A stretch of DNA of 64,000 bases, taken from an uncultured candidate division Zixibacteria bacterium. GTDB taxonomy: Bacteria; Zixibacteria; MSB-5A5; RBG-16-43-9. Location: positions 1,696,001-1,760,000 of the forward strand of contig OY970208.1 of assembly GCA_963713865.1 (NCBI GenBank), given 5' to 3'. The position numbers were made by a program, and so were the translations under genes. A model generated the notes under the pieces. It ran no database searches. It saw only the letters and a list, made by a program, of their open reading frames with translations, and had not been told where the DNA came from. This document shows, piece after piece, positions 60,395 through 64,000 of the stretch (the first letter of the stretch is position 1; each line of letters starts with the position of its first letter).

Positions 60395-61696
60395 ATGAAC
60401 AAAAAATTCCACATAATCACCTTCGGCTGCCAGATGAATGTTTATGATTCTGAGGTGCTGAAGGGTATCCTCTCACAGAATGGTTATTCTATCACGGATA
60501 GACCCGAAGAAGCAGAATTGATTATTGTAAATACCTGCTCGGTCAGGGAGCATGCTGAGGTCAGGGCGATTGGCAGATTAAATGAGCTTTCCAGATATAA
60601 ACTGGAAAATCCGGATGTGAAATTGGCAGTGATCGGGTGTATGGCTCAGAGGTTAGGGGAAAGATTTTTAAAGGAAGTCCCGGCATTAGATTTTATCCTG
60701 GGGACTGAGGAACTTTTCAAGCTCCCGGATTATCTGGAGAAGAAAAATGAGAAACCTTTGATAGCTTTGTCCTTTTCTGAATTGAAGGAGATTAACTCCT
60801 CTCCCTTGAGAAAGAACAAATTCTCCGCTTTTGTGGCGATCTCCAGGGGATGTGAGAATTTCTGCTCCTATTGTATCGTGCCCTATGTGCGCGGACCGGA
60901 GAAAAACAGGAAAATCTCCGAGATTTTAAAAGAGGTTCGATGTCTGGCTGAATCAGGATGTAAAGAGGTAAACCTTATCGGGCAAAATGTAAACTCCTAT
61001 AAAGACGATGGCTTTGATTTCGCTGATTTGCTGAGAGAAGTAAATGAAACTGATATTCAGAGGATTAGATTTATGACCTCTCATCCGAAGGATTTATCGC
61101 CAAAATTAATTGAAGCTATGTCAAATTTAGAAAAGGTGTGTGAGCATCTTCATCTGCCTTTGCAGTCCGGCTCAGATAGGATTTTAGAAAAGATGAACCG
61201 AAAATACAGCTTAGAGGATTATCTGTGTCTGGTGGATTCCGTGAAAAATAAAGTAGCAGACCTGAGCCTGACTACTGATTTGATCGTTGGTTTTCCAGGT
61301 GAAAAAGAGGAGGATTTTCAAAAAACCCTGGAGATGGTCGAAAAGATAGAATTCGATTCTGCTTTTATGTTTAAATATTCTTCACGTGAAGGGACTAAAG
61401 CTTTCTTTTTAGAGGATGATGTTCCAAAAGAAGTAAAGTTAGAAAGGCTCCAAACTTTGATAGATATACAGAAGAATATCTCACACAAGAAAAATCAAAA
61501 ATTAATTGACACAACTGAAGAAATTCTGATTGATGGAAAAAGCAAAAGGGATAAGTTAAAATGGAAAGGGAAGGGGAGAAGTAATAAGACGGTGATTATT
61601 CCTGAAAAGGTAAATCAAAATCTTTTAGGGGAGATTGTGAAGGTTAGAATTACAGGTGCGGATAGTTTTACACTTTTCGGGGAGGTAGAGAAATAA
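60395..61696 (+). CDS. miaB: tRNA i6A37 methylthiotransferase
   Basis: TFGCQMNVYDS, NTCSVRE, GCMAQ, CENFCSYC radical-SAM motif, TSHP, C-terminal TRAM. Confidence 0.95.
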   Translation: MNKKFHIITFGCQMNVYDSEVLKGILSQNGYSITDRPEEAELIIVNTCSVREHAEVRAIGRLNELSRYKLENPDVKLAVIGCMAQRLGERFLKEVPALDFILGTEELFKLPDYLEKKNEKPLIALSFSELKEINSSPLRKNKFSAFVAISRGCENFCSYCIVPYVRGPEKNRKISEILKEVRCLAESGCKEVNLIGQNVNSYKDDGFDFADLLREVNETDIQRIRFMTSHPKDLSPKLIEAMSNLEKVCEHLHLPLQSGSDRILEKMNRKYSLEDYLCLVDSVKNKVADLSLTTDLIVGFPGEKEEDFQKTLEMVEKIEFDSAFMFKYSSREGTKAFFLEDDVPKEVKLERLQTLIDIQKNISHKKNQKLIDTTEEILIDGKSKRDKLKWKGKGRSNKTVIIPEKVNQNLLGEIVKVRITGADSFTLFGEVEK

Positions 61697-61734
61697 TTTG
61701 GAGTGCAAAACTTTAGTTTTGCCAGAAGAAGGTC

Positions 61735-61875
61735 GTAACGCCCAACCTTAGTGTCTGCGTTACGAAAAAGTGGAAGGCTGAAGCCTTCCTCTACAAAAAA
61801 GAAAACGTCAGGGATAAACCCTAACGCTACGAAAACTATAAGGACAGAATCCACCTAAGGCGGATTCTGTCCCTA
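61735..61875. repeat. REP cluster between convergent genes
   Basis: gtaacgc...gcgttac; ggaaggctgaagccttcc; ggacagaatccacctaaggcggattctgtccctac. Confidence 0.7.
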
Positions 61876-61886
61876 CAACTCAAAAT

Positions 61887-62471
61887 TTAATATTCCTCGC
61901 ACTTTATCTGATAATAACTTCTGGCGTGGTCACAGGAGGGACACTTTTCCGGTGGCTCTGTCCCGAAGGAGACATATCCGCATTCACGACACACCCAGTA
62001 AACTTTCTCTGACTTTTTGAAAACTGTTCCAGCTTCTATTTTCTTCAAGAGTTTTCTATATCTTTCCTCGTGATGCTCTTCTGCTTTGGAAATCGATCTT
62101 AATCTTCTGGCAATTTCCGGTAAACCTTCTTTCTGGGCAGCCTCGGCGAATTCTGGATACATCACGGTATTTTCGTAATGCTCTCCATCGATGGCGGCTT
62201 TGAGGTTCTCTGCAGTGGTGCTAAAAACGGTAGGGGTAGAAGCTTCAACTTTTATCTCCTCCAGATTTTCACTGCTTTTGCTTTTCAATTCTTGGATCAG
62301 CCTGAAAAGCCATTTGGCGTGCTCTTTCTCGTTATCAGCAGTAGTAAGGAAAATATCAGCAATCTGCTCATATCCTTCCTGCTTGGCGATCTTAGCATAA
62401 AAAGTGTATCTGTTCCTTGCCTGGCTCTCACCAATGAATGCTTTGGCTAAATTTTCAATCGTTTTTATCAA
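61887..62471 (-). CDS. rbr: Rubrerythrin
   Basis: AFIGESQARNRY, NEKEHA, GEHYE...YPEFA, AEEHH, CRECG...CPSCDH. Confidence 0.95.
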   Translation of the reverse strand: MIKTIENLAKAFIGESQARNRYTFYAKIAKQEGYEQIADIFLTTADNEKEHAKWLFRLIQELKSKSSENLEEIKVEASTPTVFSTTAENLKAAIDGEHYENTVMYPEFAEAAQKEGLPEIARRLRSISKAEEHHEERYRKLLKKIEAGTVFKKSEKVYWVCRECGYVSFGTEPPEKCPSCDHARSYYQIKCEEY

Positions 62472-62596
62472 AATTATTACCTCCTGTTTTTAATTTTTAC
62501 AAATCAGACCTTTTTAGGTTTACGATAATGGAATTAGAATAATTTGAGAATGAAACTCATACTGTCCGGTTAAAGAAGCTTATTTCCAATTCAACA

Positions 62597-63517
62597 TTAT
62601 TTATTCAGGAGAACACTCAGGTTGCGGGGAAGAACATCTAAATATTCGTCTATATAAGACTTTTTTATCTTCTGCTGAGTTGCCTCGGGGAGTTGATCCA
62701 GGGGAACACCTTTGAGCAGAAGCATAGTCTCGTCTTCAGAGAATTCTGCCCCCGGTTCGATCCATTGGATTACATCTGCATTTTCCGGGCAGATACTCTG
62801 GCACTGCATACATCCGACCGGGCAATGGTGCCAGGAGGGGTCAATCCAATCAGGGAAAGGTATGTTTACAGGTTTCTCGTTATGGAACGTTATGCAGTGT
62901 TCTGCGTTGAGAAGGAAACGCTCGGATAAAATCGCACCAGTAGGACAGTTATTCAGGCAAGCAGAGCAATCTTCGCAGGTCTCCAGCATCTGTGCCTCCT
63001 GCCAGTTGTCTTCATAACATGGAAGGTCAGAATAAAAAGCCATCAACCGATGAAAACTTCCCATTCCAGTTACATAACAGATGTTGTTTTTCCCGTAAAA
63101 ACCTAACCCGCTACGTGCTGCTAAAAGTTTTAAAGGAAGTGCGGAGCGAGCCACCTGATTGCCTTGTGGAACCAGGATTTTTGATAGAAGAGCTTCAACT
63201 TCTTTATTCGGATAGGTTGAATAAGTTGGAGGGACAATGAGAGATTTGGTTTCTCCTCTCCAGTCGAAAATATGCTGAATCTGAGGTTGAGGTGCTGAGA
63301 CAACAATTATAGATTTAGCTTTCAAAAAATCTGGAGGAGGATTGAAGACAAACGAGGTAAGACGTTCCTGATAGAATTCTTCATTAAATTGACCCTCCCG
63401 GTAGCGGCCTTCAATTTCCTCCTGTAAGTCACGAAGGTGCTGGATTGATACGATTCGACCCTTATAGCCCTTTTCTTCTAACCTCAAGAATAGTTCTTCA
63501 GTTGTTTTATCTGTCAT
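62597..63517 (-). CDS. Epoxyqueuosine reductase (QueG)-like 4Fe-4S protein
   Basis: KLLAARSGLG.YGKN, GS, CEDCSACLNNCPTGA, C...GCMQCQSICP.N. Confidence 0.75.
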   Translation of the reverse strand: MTDKTTEELFLRLEEKGYKGRIVSIQHLRDLQEEIEGRYREGQFNEEFYQERLTSFVFNPPPDFLKAKSIIVVSAPQPQIQHIFDWRGETKSLIVPPTYSTYPNKEVEALLSKILVPQGNQVARSALPLKLLAARSGLGFYGKNNICYVTGMGSFHRLMAFYSDLPCYEDNWQEAQMLETCEDCSACLNNCPTGAILSERFLLNAEHCITFHNEKPVNIPFPDWIDPSWHHCPVGCMQCQSICPENADVIQWIEPGAEFSEDETMLLLKGVPLDQLPEATQQKIKKSYIDEYLDVLPRNLSVLLNK

Positions 63518-63743
63518 CGCACCGTAAAAAGATCATAGAGTTTCCTTCTTATTTTACGGATTGAACTTATTGAAGTTTAAATAATCGTAATCTTTATGCA
63601 CTCAATAGGCAAGCCTTTTATTTTCTTTTCTTAAGTTATAAATGTTTTTAAGTAGTTGATTTGTTTTTTGGATATCAACAAATTCCTTGATTTAAAAATA
63701 TCAATATATATATTCTAACCTTGAAGAAATTTTGAGAAGGAAT

Positions 63744-64000
63744 ATGAGAAAATATAAAGAGAAGAAAAAAGTTGTTATCTTAGGCTCGACCGGTTCAATC
63801 GGGAAAAGTGCCCTGCAGGTTATTAAGGATTGCAGGGATAGATTTGAGGTTTTTGGACTGTCGGCACACAAGAATTTCGAGCTGATTAGATGCCAGATAA
63901 AGGAATATAAGCCTAAAGTAGTGGTATTGACTGAAGAAGATACCTACGAAAAAGTTAAAAAGGAGTTTCCCGATAATAAGATTAAGATATACTTTAGTGC
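63744..64000 (+). CDS. dxr: 1-deoxy-D-xylulose 5-phosphate reductoisomerase (5' part; runs off the window end)
   Basis: Manual translation MRKYKEKKKVVILGSTGSIGKSALQVI...FEVFGLSAHKN...QIKEYKP. Not in the supplied ORF track. Confidence 0.9.
   Translation, partial: MRKYKEKKKVVILGSTGSIGKSALQVIKDCRDRFEVFGLSAHKNFELIRCQIKEYKPKVVVLTEEDTYEKVKKEFPDNKIKIYFS

Overview
AT-rich bacterial chromosomal window. A Gram-negative envelope (lapA/lapB-like genes, waaF-gmhB, TonB receptor) and a C-terminal 'GDVN..VSDVVYLINYLFKGGPAP' dockerin-like tail suggest an anaerobic candidate-phylum organism such as Zixibacteria; this is inference. (1) 1-15.7 kb, minus strand: an acyl-CoA/branched-chain cluster. An archaeal-type HMG-CoA synthase-thiolase-DUF35 trio heads methylcrotonyl-CoA carboxylase and methylglutaconyl-CoA hydratase genes, followed by beta-oxidation-type genes, Leu dehydrogenase and butyrate kinase. 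No HMG-CoA lyase is in the window, and MEP-pathway dxr lies at the far end. (2) 16-26 kb: envelope and housekeeping genes including mutS and uppP. (3) 26.7-45.3 kb: a signalling island with an HDOD-DHp protein, a 10-PAS hybrid kinase, a sigma54 activator and a sigma54-driven HTH-WYL regulator. Two tandem His-less DHp-only genes follow, each with a shared 15-bp operator-like motif upstream and a conserved structured RNA downstream. A two-CW protein and a TonB receptor-YfiR-kinase-receiver operon close the island. (4) 45.6-64 kb: efp with an unusual tip loop, rnhC, a ubiB-like kinase, CIRCE-hrcA-grpE-dnaK, dnaJ, a Gabija-like OLD nuclease/UvrD pair, miaB, rubrerythrin, a QueG-like gene and partial dxr. 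Intergenic regions hold many REP/MITE-like palindromes. No rRNA, tRNA or CRISPR array was seen. The best candidates for an undescribed system are the WYL-controlled pseudo-DHp module and the HMGS-coupled isovaleryl-CoA pathway.
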